Assembly: GCA_048013815.1 (NCBI GenBank)
Contig: CM106585.1
Location: 9,610,001-9,674,000 of the forward strand
DNA from: Setoptus koraiensis
Taxonomy: Eukaryota; Animalia; Arthropoda
Reading direction: 5' to 3'
DNA length: 64,000 nucleotides
Shown: positions 13,701 to 26,002 of the stretch, in pieces
Layout: each line of letters starts with the position of its first letter
Position numbering within the stretch: the first letter of the stretch is position 1
Notes under the pieces: model-generated
Database searches by the model: none
The model's input: only the letters and a program-made list of their open reading frames with translations
What the model was told of the DNA's origin: nothing
Position numbers and translations under genes: made by a program

Positions 13701-15784
13701 CTCGGGCCGGCCAAGGCGCACACGCGAGAGCGGTCGCTCGGCGGCGCTCGGCGGTGTTCGGCGGTTCTCGGTGGCGCTCGGCCGTTTTCGGCGGCGCTCG
13801 AGTCGGCGAACAGCCGACGCGGAGAGCCGAAGAATTGCGCAAAAAGAACGAGCGATTGCCCGAGAGGAAGGAGCCAGGATTGCCAGACAGAATGCGCAAA
13901 AAGAATGGCAACTGTCGGGCGAGCTAGAGCCGCGGCGGCGGCGGCGGCATTTAAATTGCGTGCCCATTATGCACAGCGGCGTCGGTTAGTCACTGTTACA
14001 TTGTGCTCGCATGGCCCGCTCGCGGCCGGGTAACTGTGGCCGCGGCGACGGGCACACGACGAGACGCCAGACAGCGGACAAACGCGACGAGACGCCAGAC
14101 AAGCGCCGAGCAGCAACTAGAACGCCGAGCGGCCGAGACAGACAAACGGGCAAGAATCGTGCCAGCACATTAATTACGCAATGGACGCCATCTATCACTC
14201 CCGTTGTCTCGCCTGCGCTTGTTGTCCTTGTTCGACAACAACAACAACAACAACAGCAACAACAACAACAACAATAACAACGACAACGACAACAACAAAG
14301 GCAACAGCAGCAGCAACAACAACGCCAACAACATCGACGGCAGCGCCAACAATAGCGCCAACAACAACTCTGTCAGGCCAGTCCGGAAGCCGCTGGGGCC
14401 AGCCAACGATGGCGCACATTGCGTAACGCAATTGCGTGTCGTGCAAACGCAATTGTGCATTACGCAACAGCGCTGAGGTGTCCGGATGAGGCCAGGGCGA
14501 AGTGTCCGGATCCGCGCTGTTTGAGTGGCCGGTGCGGTCACCGGCCCACGCCAACTGACCGTTACCCCTTTCGGGCCGGCGCTGCGGCCACTGTGTGCGA
14601 CTGCTGCACGCACTCGGGCACGCACTCACGTCGTTGCGTAACACGGCAACGTAACGTCGCTAAATGTCACATGGGCAACGTATATTAGCGCCACTATATA
14701 GGCCACTGACAGTCGTCCGAATGGCAGATGACGTAATCAGCTACCATTTAGAACTCTTTATCGCCGCGCGGGTTGTGAGGCGCGTGTGAGTTACGCGCCC
14801 GTGCGGCTCACTGCGCGTCAATTCAGCGCGCTCCGGCCATCGGAGCGCCCACCGCACCGGGCTGTCGGGCCCGGTGCAAAAGTGCGGGCCTCAGTTGCGC
14901 TGCAAATGTGCGGCCCGACAGGCCTGGCCAAACTCAATTTTAACTGGCCTCATTTGTTTGTCTGTCGGTACAATGCACCGGCGTGGCTCAGGCGGCGACG
15001 CGCGCCGCTCACGTCAGACGCGCCGCGTTCTGTCGCGCCGCGATCGTGTCGTCGTCGTGACTAGATCGGGCGCCCCAGATAAATGGCCGCACGGGCGCAA
15101 TCTGCATAGCGGACTGGCCGGCGCGATTGTGTCACCTTGTTCGGGGGGCGACACGACAGTGTGTCACAGTGCGGTGCTGTCATGTTGGCGCTGACGGCGC
15201 TTGTTTGCTGGCAGCGGGTTGCCGCGCTCGCGCGTGGGGGGGGGGCGAGGGCGCCAGCCATCGGGCATTAGCGTCATTGTCGTCGGGCGACAGACACACA
15301 CTCACTCAGACGAGATAAGACGACACTCGCAATGGGATAATAAGTGCGAGCTATGCAAGCTGTGGGCCGCACGCACCAGCGACGACGCACGGGATAAAAT
15401 CTCCTCATCTGATTAAATCTCCGGCTGGCTGGCTGGCCGACTGGCTGTGTCACCGTTGTGTGTTTAGCGAGGCGCTCATGCGCACAACCGCCGGCCTATA
15501 GGCTCGTCGGGGGCCCCCGAGCCAACCGAGCGCTGTGTTGGCCGACAGTGTTGGCTAGATTGTTGGCGCGCGCCAGACAGTAATGATTGCGTAATGGCGG
15601 CCATACGGCCCGCGGACATTGGGGCCGCAGTGAATTACTGCCGGCCCGCCATGTATGCGGCCCCGCGCCCCGACAACCACCGGCCCATGAATATGCCCGA
15701 CTGGCCCCATGAATGGCCTCAAGTAGCCGCCAGTGGCTGCCGGCGCTGACCTAAAACACCCAAGACGCCAATAGGGCGCCGATA

Positions 15785-15880
15785 CAATGCCCAAACACTG
15801 TCCGCACAATGCCCAAACACTGTCCGCACAATGCCCAAACACTGTCCGCACAATGCCCAAACACTGTCCGCACAATGCCA
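15785..15880. repeat. 22-bp perfect minisatellite (CAATGCCCAAACACTGTCCGCA) x4.3
   Basis: Seen directly. Units are contiguous, with no spacers. Confidence 0.95.
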
Positions 15881-18800
15881 ACACAGTGTCAATACCGGCC
15901 CGACATAATGCCCACATAATGCCGAGCGCCAGTCGCGTGAATGGCGGCCCCACTGCCGGCCGCTCGCCGGATATATCGCCGGAGATCGCCTGCGAGCCAG
16001 CTCGCGCCGTATATCCGTCTCTGCTGCCAATATCACATATCTCACGCATCCAGCACACACGGCCATACATGGCGATATACGGCAATGTGTGGCCGATATC
16101 GGCCAAGATATTGGATGCGCGCCGGGCTTAACCAAAGATGGGGCCCGTCGCAATTAGTTTTATCACACTGGCTGGCGCTGCCCGTGCAGACGCTCGCATC
16201 AGAATGGCAGCAGAGGATTAGCGGCGCTGGCCCGCTAAGCCCCATCGCTGGCCCCTTAAGCTCGAGCGGGCGACGTCCGCGGGATTCTTCACAACTGATT
16301 GCGTTGCCCCCTCGAAACTGGGGCCCCATGCGCACAGCTCAACACGCTGATCACACTGCACGAACTGATCAGCAGCAAACAGCTCGAAACGAATTAGATC
16401 ACACCCGGCCGCCCGAGTGTCGAGTGCGCGCGGCCACCTTGCCGCCGGGCCAAAACGCCCACCGCGCTCGGGTACCCGTTTGCTCTCTTTTGTGGCGTCG
16501 CGCTGGCCTAGAGTGCCCGCACTCGTGCCCGACGCCCGGCAACAAAGCGGCAACAGCACGGCAACAGCGCGGTAACGGCGCGGTAACGGCGCGGTAATAG
16601 CGCGCTTATGGCCCGGTAATAGCGCGTGGCCGCGCTATCGGGTTCGAACGCGCGCGACCCAGCGCAACGTTGCACGTGCAAAGATAATTTTGCCACGTGT
16701 AACGATTAAATAACTCCCTCTCTCTCTCTCTATACATAACTGTCTTTTGTTGTTGCGTCTGTCTGTTTGTGCGTCCGAGAGGCACAACTGTCATTCGGCT
16801 GGTCCGGCGGGCGCTCGCCGAAACGGGCGCTCGCTGAAAAAAGACGCGCAGCGGCCGCGGGGGCACATTGTAGTGGCCCGCAGCTAGTTACGTACCTGGC
16901 GGGTATTTAGCTAGCGCAGGGCACCTTCCGCTTTGGCGCTGCTGATCGCTGGAGCGGTCGTACCCGCGACACACATTCAAGCCAGTTAACTTGACGTACC
17001 CGCCGCACTGCGCCGCACATGTGCCGGGCCCCCGCGAAAGATCTATCACCTAAAGCCAGCTTATCCGGGCCGCTTATCTGCGGGCCGAATCTGGCGCTCG
17101 TCAGCCGTTTGCTGTTGTGAGTCATTAGAAGAGGTAGCCGTGTTGTCGGTGTCGCTGTTGTCGCCGTTGTTGTCACTCGCGCCCGATTGAGACAAAGCCA
17201 GCCCAGCGAGAGCCCCCCAGCTAATGTTGCGCAATGATCGTGCGGGCCGCACGCCGACATTGCGTAAGATATGGGCGTGCGATAGCGTGTGATAATTAAT
17301 CACATTTCATTAATCATTTCGTCTCTGGTTCTCCCAGGCTGGCCCCGCTCGCCCGCTGCCCCTGCTCTCGCGCTGTCTAGTTACTTCTGGGGCCGGTTGC
17401 TTCTGGGGCCGGTTGCTTCTGGGGCCGGTTTCTTCGGGGGCCGGCCAGTTTTTGAGGGCCGGCCAGCGCGCCAGGCCGGCATTCAATTGTCGGCCCGACA
17501 GCGATTGTCACAACAACGTCACAATAACAAAGTGCCATTCAGTGAGAACTGGCCGCTCTCATTAATCACCTTTCTCTTTTGTCGCCTCATTGTCTCAGCG
17601 GATTGTGTCAACGCGCCGGCGACATCAACTACGAGCAAATTATCTATTGTGGCCATCTCAGCGCCGCGCCCGTCCATCAAGTGTGAAGCTCGCCATCCAA
17701 TACGCGCCCGGTGCTCTCCGAGACGTCTCAGAAGGTTTTCGGCCAGGGGCGAGCTGTTGCGGAGACGGGTATTGGCGCGGCGACGGGTAGCCGCGGGGCC
17801 GCACAGCGCACAAAGTCAAGCCAAACAGATGCCGCACCAAGCCGGACGAAGGCTTGCGACGCGCACCCGAACGAATAAAAATATCCGGACCTATAGCGGC
17901 GGTTTATCAGCGCTGCCAGATATAAATCGAGATTGACCCCAGAGAGGCCCCGCAGCACGGGCGCCAGTGGAAGTAAAAAGCGGCTTGTAATGTTTATTGC
18001 TGTTTTGATTATATTGCTAATCAAAACAGCCGGTTGTGCGTCGGTTGTGCGTCGGTTGTGCGCCGGTTGTGCGCCGGTTGTGTGTGATTGGGGTCCGCGG
18101 GCCCCGCTGTCGTGTGTGCGCGGCATGGCCCGGCGTGTCGGGTTTGCATGTTCGAGCTGCCGGCAACTTACGACCAACAACATAGATTTAAATTTGTTTT
18201 ATTGCGCCAGACAAATGGCGCAACTTGGATTCTTTCCTTTTTTACACGGGCCAACAATTGTCAGCGGCGCTGGCCAGTTGTCAATGGGCAACGCGCTCAC
18301 ATTTGCGCGGCCCAACAACTGGGGCACCCCATTTCTGACAACAACAACCTGCCAGCAAACGGGCACCAAACACGACAGGGGCACAAATCCCAAGTTTCCA
18401 ATTTGGCGCCATGATCGCTCTACATGAGCTCCCCAGACGCTGCACAGGCGGGGCGGCCTACCTAATCGGTGGCGCTCCGCCGTCGACTCAGCCGAACAGT
18501 CTAAATCAATCTGGCATTCGGGCTGCTCTCAGACTGCGTGTTCGGCGTACAATGCGCCGATTGAGGGCGCTCGCCAAGCCGCCGGGGAGACAGGACAGAA
18601 TGGAACACAAAAAGAAAAAAAAACTATTATCCGTTTAATGTGGACCATTCATTAACTGTTCGCTCGTCAGGCCAATTCGGTCTGTCGGTCTTTTCGAATT
18701 GTCGGCCAGCATTGGAAAGGAAAAAGAATGTGCGATAAAGAACGCGCACGAGCCCGCCAGAAGAGGTGCCATTAATTGTGCCAGCGCATGCCTGCAATAC

Positions 18801-21800
18801 CTCGCCGGGCCTCTCTCAGTCGGCTCTCGATGTGCGGGCCTCTTGCGCTCTTATTTTATGTCGAACATAACGAGCATAATGAGCGAACGCGGAGGCCACG
18901 CCGACCGGCCCCAACTCAAACCTCAAACTGGCGCGTCTGTGTGACGTAACCGGCGCGCGCGAGTTTTTGTTGACTGCGCGTTTGTGCGACGGCGAGAGGC
19001 ACGAGCTAGCTGGCGACGCCACGCCCACTGGCGCTCATCGCCTGGCAGATCGAACGCTCGATGGTGGCGCAAAGAACGCTCAAGGAACGCGCAAGGAACG
19101 CGCAACGAACGCGCAACGAACGCGCAAAGAACGCGCAACGAACGCGCAAAAGAGGACAAAGTCATTATTACGTAATTGGCCTCTCTATTGGGGGCGCACT
19201 TACTTGCGCGCTGTTTTCATTGTTTTATATTGTCTTTGTGTGACTGCTCTTGACAACTGCTCGTTCACTTGTGTGTGCGTGTGTGTGTGCGTGTGCGTGT
19301 GTGTGCGTGTGTGTGCGTGTGTGTCGGACACATTTGATATGTCACATGCACGTTGATGATCGGTTAGGTCGGTTCGGGCGCGTCGGTGGTTGCGACAGCC
19401 AGACGACGCAAACAGAGAGATATGACGACAACAGCAACAACGACAGCGACAACAACAGCGACAACAACCGGCCAAACAACAGCGACAAGCGATTTGACAC
19501 GAAGAGGTCAAAGTCACAGACACGCCCACGCCGGAAAGAGGCGACGACGGTGGGTGTGGCGGTCACAGGTCAGCTGACAGTCGCGGGATGCTCCAATTTC
19601 CGAGTTGCAGCGTTCGAACTTTGCAGCGTCGAAGGGCGAGCGTCGAAGCCGGCACTTGGACGAACGGCGCCCAACAGCGAGCACGCGACGAGCTTCGGCG
19701 CGTTCGGAGCCGAGTTCGCAGAGAACGCTCGCACACTCGGCAGCTCGTGACGGCACACATTTCAAGAACGCGGCGAGCCAACCCACCGCCAATGTGCTGC
19801 TTCAGCGCCTCTCGGCCGACGGCTGCCCGCCCCCGTCCGGCGGAGGCGCGCCAGACGGCGCGACAACTATGTCACTTCCGGTGAGTCAGCGACGACAATG
19901 AGTGCGATTCGTGCCAGATGGCCTATATTTAGCGCTGCGCGCACTCAACGCGCGCCCCACAAGCCGTCGCTGGCAAGCTAGTTGTGTGCTCAACTCTATA
20001 TCTGGCGCCAGCGACCGCGCTTGCCCGTGCTCACTGTATTTATACACACATTATCCCGATGTGTATCGGGCGATGGCGCCACCGCAAGACGGCGCACAGC
20101 CACACGCGGGCACAACCAGACGGCCGCACAATCAGACGCCCGCACAAACACGAGCCATTGTAACAGCGGCATCGCGAATGGGGCGAGACCCGTCGGCCGT
20201 GGCCGCATCTCTGGCCCAGATAACCGGCCCGTCGTCTGGCGCACACCGGATAACAATCTCCGGCTGACAGCGCGCGTCCGCGTCAAAAAATTGACGCGGA
20301 CGCGGCCGGGGTTGCGTCAGACAAGCGGTGTCAGACGAGCGGTGTCGGCAGGGCATTATCACGGCGATCGGGGCATTATCAGGCCGATCAGGGCGATCTA
20401 GACACGGGGGCGCAGACTAGCTGCGCCGGCAGTCGCGAACCAACTGCACAGAAATGGCCCCAAACGGGTCGCCTCACAATGTCAGATGGGAAATTGCGGC
20501 CAACGGCTCGGCGGCGCAATGGCCGCCACAATCGAGCGGCGCCATTCTTTCGAGAAATGCGGCCTATCTAGATCTTTGGCGGCGCTTGCACGAGACAGTT
20601 TGTATTTGCATTTGCGACAAACAACAAACACACACACTCTTACAAAGCAGCCAGTACATTTGGCAGCGCTAATTTGCACGTGTTGATGAGCGCGTGCACA
20701 GTGCAACTTCCTCTCGTGCGCCGCGCACGCGATTCTCCATTGTAGCGACGTATGTTTACCTTGATTATCCTTATCTCGCCATTAGCACAGTCAATATTGT
20801 CGCTCTTGTTTACCTTGTTTTGGTCGTCGTTGTTGCCGCTGTTGTTGTCGCTGTTGTTGTTGTTGTCGCTGTTGTTGTTGTCGTTGTTTGAGTGGCACAA
20901 CTGGCTGCGCGACGCAACCACTGGCCACCGGCGTCGGCAAACGTCAGACGAGACGCGCACACTGTCACGTGCAGGCCAGGAAGGGGCGCCTAATGCGATT
21001 TGTTGGCCCTGTTATATCGTGTCTCGCGCGGTTGTTGTCGGCGGCGCTCGTGCTGCCGCTGTTGTCGGCGGGCCGGGCCGGGGGCCGCACCGGCAACAAC
21101 AGCGACATTGTGCGGCCGGGGAGAAGCGAAAGGGATGAAAGTTAAAACTGGCGCACGACGCTCGCCACCGGCCCAAAATAGCCAAGCGCACGCGGCACAC
21201 AGCAGCGCGCAAGCGGCACAGCGCACACACGCGCGCGCAAACAAATTGTTAATGTTACGTAATTAGAATGTTGCCTCGAGTGGCAATCTGGAGCGCTTGT
21301 CGAGTGCTATCGCCGTTGTGCCCCCACTCGGCACGGCGATGCGCGCGGCACAGCACATTGTACTGACTGCACAACTGGCAACCCAAGCGGCGATGTTATC
21401 TCCGACGACGACGACGACGACAATATAATGTCTCCATTTGGGCCCCTCGGAGCGGCCCGCGACAGCGGACACGGGCCCCGGATTGAGCGGGCGTGTTGCC
21501 CGATAAATTGTTTAACCAAGTGCAGCCAATATAAACAGACAGCGACAGAGAGAGAGGGGCCAATCGGTCGGGGCAATGGGCGCAACATGCGCGCTGTGTG
21601 CAGGCAGCGCGAGTGTCGCGCGCACTGAGAGAGTGTCTCATCGACAGCGATTCAGACAGCAGGATATGAATATGCAAATGAGCTCGCCTCTGCCTGGTGA
21701 CGCCACATTTGAGTGGCGCACTTCCGCTTTTGCTGGCGGCTGGCGGCTTGTGTTGCGCTGCGCCGCGCTGTGTTTCGTCGTAACCGGCGTCAGCGACACA

Positions 21801-22000
21801 ACGAGCTGACGACGGCGCCGGCGAGCGTCTCAAATAATGAACTCTCCACTTTGCTCGCCGGCGATGCTTGAGCCGCCATCGACAAGCTCGCAGTGGATGA
21901 TGGGCCAGTGAAAAAAGCGCTCAAAGTTGCGAACGCGACGCCGAAAAAGAGCGACAGCAAAAACGCAAAGGGTTGCCATTGTAAGGGATTCTTTCTCAAC

Positions 22001-22091
22001 TTTGCCAGCGAGATTTGCCAGCGAGATTTGCCAGCGCGATTTGCCAGCGAGATTTGCCAGCGCGATTTGCCAGCGAGATTTGCCAGCGAGA
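22001..22091. repeat. 13-bp minisatellite (TTTGCCAGCGAGA/TTTGCCAGCGCGA) x7
   Basis: Seen directly. The two variants partly alternate. Confidence 0.95.
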
Positions 22092-24254
22092 GAGACGCAA
22101 CACAAGCAGCGCCAGCACCCTATAATGGCCCTGCGATTGCATTATTATCATTTGTGTGTGTGTTGCGTAATCCGTGATTATTCACAACAATGATAATGAG
22201 TCGATTTTGTATCGCCGGCCGTCTCGCCAACTGCGGCCGCGCCGGGGCTCGTTGCGACGGCCGTCGTTGGCGTGGTTGTTGTGGCCGCTGTTGCAGTTGT
22301 TGCTGTCGTTGTTGCTGTTGCTGTCGTTGTTGCTGTCGTTGTTGCTGTCGGCCGGTACAGGTGGCTGACGGCGGGCATAAGTTGCGGCCGGCGATTTGCA
22401 AACAACTTCATTCAATCATGTCAGTGCCAGCGCGGCAGCAACTTGTTAGATCTGGCCAGCCCAATGGTCTCAATGAACTCATTAGACTTACTTGCGCGGC
22501 TCGAGCCGCGGCCGGACCCGCTTACGGCCGCGCTCACAACAATGCCGCTCGGCGCGCCGCGCCGAGCACAATGCCGCCCGGCGATGCTATCTCTGGCCTC
22601 GCATCTCGGCCGACCGTCGCACAGCCCGACCGGCCGTCTCGTATGTCCGGTCGCGCAGCCCGAGTGGCCGCTCGCGGCCGACCGACACATAGGAGTCGTA
22701 TGATACGACTGGCATGATACGAGACGCGAGCGCGATGTTGTGTGTTTGTACAATATGTATTATGTGCGCTTGTAATTATTTATGGCCAACTGGCTGGCAT
22801 GGATCGCCGGCCGGCCGGCCGGCTCACAGTCAGCGACTGGAATGAGCGAGCCCCATTTCAGTCACTGGCCGCTGACCAATGCGGCGGCCAGCATGCAAAC
22901 AAGAGCTCGCACAAGCACACAACGAACAGGCGAGCATGCAAACAAACGGATAAACAGACGAGCGAACGGATAAACGCAAGCGAGCAGCCGAACGGATAAA
23001 CGCGGCGACAGGACAGAGTGACTGGAAAGTGATTGCGTAACCACAAACAACAACGCTTATGCTTTATGGCTGTTCGAGAGGTGGCAATAATCGTAAATCT
23101 TGTCTAAACCTCGTGTCGTCTCTTACGCCAAACTATCCATTTCTGCGTGCCGTCTCGTCGTGCCTTCATTGTCTGTTGTTATCGGTTGTCGGTGGTTGTC
23201 GGTGTCGTTGCCTCTTGTCGCTGTTGTGCGTTGTCGCTGTTGTGCGTTGTCGCTGTTGTGTGTTGTTGCTGTTGTGTGTTGTTGCTGTTGTGTGTTGTTG
23301 CTGTTGTGTGTTGTTGCTGGTGTCGCTGCAGCGACACCAGCAACAACAAGTCGCCGCTATCCGTGATTGCGCCACAGCGCGCCACCAAGTGTCGACGCAG
23401 CGATCTTGTCGGCGGCTCGGTGAGCCTCACGCTCGACACATACGCACGGCAGCAACAACAGCAACATCAACAACAGCAACGACAACATCAACAACAGCAA
23501 CGACAGCAACAACAACAGCAACAACAGCAACGACAGCAACAACAACAACGACGACGACCAGCACATATCCACGCATGAACACATATACGTTACATGGCCA
23601 ATAGATGGGCGCCCCATTTCGGCTTGCGCGCCAGTCAACAGCAGCCAGTGGTGCTGACCCGCAATTGTTGTTGGCCGCAACAAACTGGCAGCCAGCCAGT
23701 GGCCAGTGGCCAGTGGTCAGTGGTCACAAGTCGGCTAATGGCGCACGCCGGCCAGCAAAGGTCGTAAATTGGCACAATAAAAGTCAACTTTTTGCCCATT
23801 ATCGCTGCCAACAGGAGAGCCATTGAACAATATGGCCATGGCATATGTATATTGGGATTGGTGCACATTGCAGGAGATGGTGCGATAGTCGCTGCTCTCG
23901 ACAACAAACCCGCAACTCGGCTTGGTCAGTTGGTCGGCAGTTTGTCCGCTCGCCGGCCCGTCGGCTGGTCGGGTTGCAGCGGCGCCGAGCCGAGCCAGCG
24001 TGCAACGCGCAAACCAACACGGCCAATATATAACAACGCGATATATAACAATATACGATACGACAAATGGCTCGGGTCGCGCTGTTACGCAACGACCATG
24101 CAGGCGAAATAACTCGCTCACACGATGAGCTGTTACGACGAGAGTCTCATAATGAGACGCAAGAGTCTCGCGAGACTGATGATAACTTAACTTGAAAACC
24201 TTGAATGATAACGTGATAACTTGGAAAGAGTTGCAAGATAAGAGGTGCACTCAC

Positions 24255-25623
24255 CTGGATGACGCGCATGTTGAGGCCCGTCTCCTGGGCCAATTGCTCG
24301 CGCGTGTGCCTAGTGGGCTTTGGCGTGGAGGTGAAAGCCGCTTTGAGCGTCTCCAATTGTTTCGGTTTGATTGTGGTGCGCGGGCCCCTGCGCTTGCCGC
24401 AAACGTCCACCTCGTCTTGCGAGTCGCCCATGGAGCCGGCGGCCAGCGTTGCGCCCGAATTGGGCCAGTAGTTGTTGTTGTTGTTGTTGTTTTGATTGTT
24501 GTTGTCGCTCAGCTGTTGCTGCTGATTGCTGGCTTCCGGTGGCTGCTGGTGGCCAGCGCTTGTCACCACCTGTTGTTGTTGTTGCTGGTGTTGCTGTTGT
24601 TGTTGTTGATGGTTGCTATTGGCCAGTGCGGCCAAGTGATAGGCGCCCCCGGACGAGGACAACAGTAACGACGATGTGGGCGACGATGAGCGCGACAACG
24701 GGCCCCCTATCGATGAGCTAACCGGTGACGATATTGTGTGCGACGATGAACTAGATGAGGCGCGCGATTGAGAATTGGCCGGCGAGCTGATGGAGCGAGC
24801 GGGCGACGGCGTTGCCAGCTGATCGGTTTGGTCGCCCGTTGCAAGTTGATCATTTATCGCCGACTCTAGCGCGCTTGTTGGGGCGCCCGATAGGTGCAAT
24901 TGTTGTCGTTTGTTGTCAAGTTGTTGTTGTTGTTGTTTCACATTGGTCTTGATGGTGGCGGCTTTGGTGACGCTGGCGGGCGACGACGTAACGGTTGTGG
25001 CCGTTGTTGTGGTGCTCGCTGCCGCTTGTGTTTCTGTTGCTGGCGACGATGTCGGTGTTGATTTGGCTTGCTGTTGCACTTGTTGTTGTTGTTGTTTGTC
25101 TTGTGCCTCCGCTTCTTTGCTGTCTGCTGCTGCTGCTTGTTTGTTTGTTGACGACGAGCTCGACAACAGCGACCCCTGTTGCTCCATCGGCTGAGGCTCG
25201 CCCTTGATGGCGGTCGAGCTGCCGTTGTCCAGGTTGGCGCTGCTGCTGCTGCTGTTGTCGTTTGGGGCCAGCTTAGAGGCCGATTGGTTCGAGGTGAACA
25301 GCGAATTTGAGGACGACCACGACAGCGACACGGACGACGCCGTCGACGACGACGACGCCGGCTGACCGTTGGCCGGCGTCTCTTGCTTGACGTTGGCCGT
25401 CGTGTTGTTATTGCACAATGCCTGCTGCTGCTGCTTCAGGTAGTCTTTTTTACAGAGGAATTTCTTGTTCTCGAACAGATACAATTGTTCGCCGATTTTC
25501 AGCGGCTCCTGGCACACGGAACAGAGGAAACAATTTGCATGGAATATGTTGTCTCTGACTCGTTGCACAAAGTCCGTCGGCTCAATCAATCGGCAACAAT
25601 TTGAACATTTTGGCCCGAAGCGG
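24255..25623 (-). CDS. Lim1: Lim1/Lhx1-5 coding exon 2 (LIM2, long S/Q/T/N-rich linker, homeodomain up to the middle of helix 3)
   Basis: Encodes LIM2 ([61 protein letters not shown]). Also encodes [47 protein letters not shown], which is diagnostic of the Lhx1/5 homeodomain. Ends at CAG|GTGAGT (phase 0), a common homeobox intron position. Confidence 0.94.
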
Positions 25624-25820
25624 CTGCAATCGGGTGCGTCGATTTCGTCATTGTGATGGGGGATTTGAGCGATTTCGGGGATTCGAGCGGTTCGAGCGAT
25701 TTGAGCGAGTGTTAGAGAGATACAGATACGAGTCAGATACAGAAAAGTGCTCTAGAGTGGGGCTACCAGATGCACGATAATATATGCGATTATGCATGCG
25801 ATAACGCATACGAGACTCAC
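25624..25820 (-). other. Lim1: Lim1 intron 1 (197 nt, GT-AG)
   Basis: Donor GTGAGT at 25820 and acceptor TTGCAG at 25624. Splicing gives in-frame ...[16 protein letters not shown]..., joining LIM1 to LIM2. Confidence 0.88.
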
Positions 25821-26002
25821 CTATAATAGTGGTTGCGACAGTAGATTTTGCCCTCGCGCGAAAAACATTTCTCCCTGAGCCGCGTTGAACAATCAATACA
25901 CTTTACACAATCTTGGTGCCACGATCTGTCTATAACAGAGAATATGAAACGCTCCGTTATAGGGCGATTGCAACCGGCGCAAATGGTGGCAAACATGGTC
26001 AT
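25821..26002 (-). CDS. Lim1: LIM-homeobox protein Lim1/Lhx1-5, coding exon 1 (LIM domain 1)
   Basis: Translation MTMFATICAGCNRPITERFIFSVIDRSWHQDCVKCIDCSTRLREKCFSREGKIYCRNHYY is a complete LIM double zinc finger of the Lhx1/5 type (CAGC..WH..C..C..C..EKCFSREGK.YC). It ends at a consensus donor AG|GTGAGT (phase 2). Confidence 0.93.

Larger units (their letters stand above)
1..24254 (-). other. Probable very long Lim1 intron 2 or downstream regulatory region; exon 3 (VWFQNRR...) not seen in the window
   Basis: Strong donor at 24254. A by-eye search for the required TGGTTY (plus-strand RAACCA) found no W-F-Q-N context between 1 and 24254. Confidence 0.5.

Noticed and set aside
15785-15880. Repeat arrays (also 22001-22091, 42423-42492, 6236-6326) as possible CRISPR arrays
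   Set aside because: Units are contiguous with no unique spacers, there are no cas genes, and the DNA is eukaryotic.
21893-22177. ORF with KNAKGCHCKG, reminiscent of a tesmin/CXC motif
   Set aside because: The remaining cysteines of the CXC domain are absent and the ORF runs straight into a 13-bp minisatellite.
50-24100. Hundreds of ORFs in the track, some over 300 aa (e.g. 276-1274, 6575-7492, 10761-11807, 10945-11856)
   Set aside because: They overlap in all six frames, are dominated by R/A/G/P or homopolymer runs from microsatellites, and have no recognisable domains. This is expected in GC-rich, stop-poor repeat DNA.
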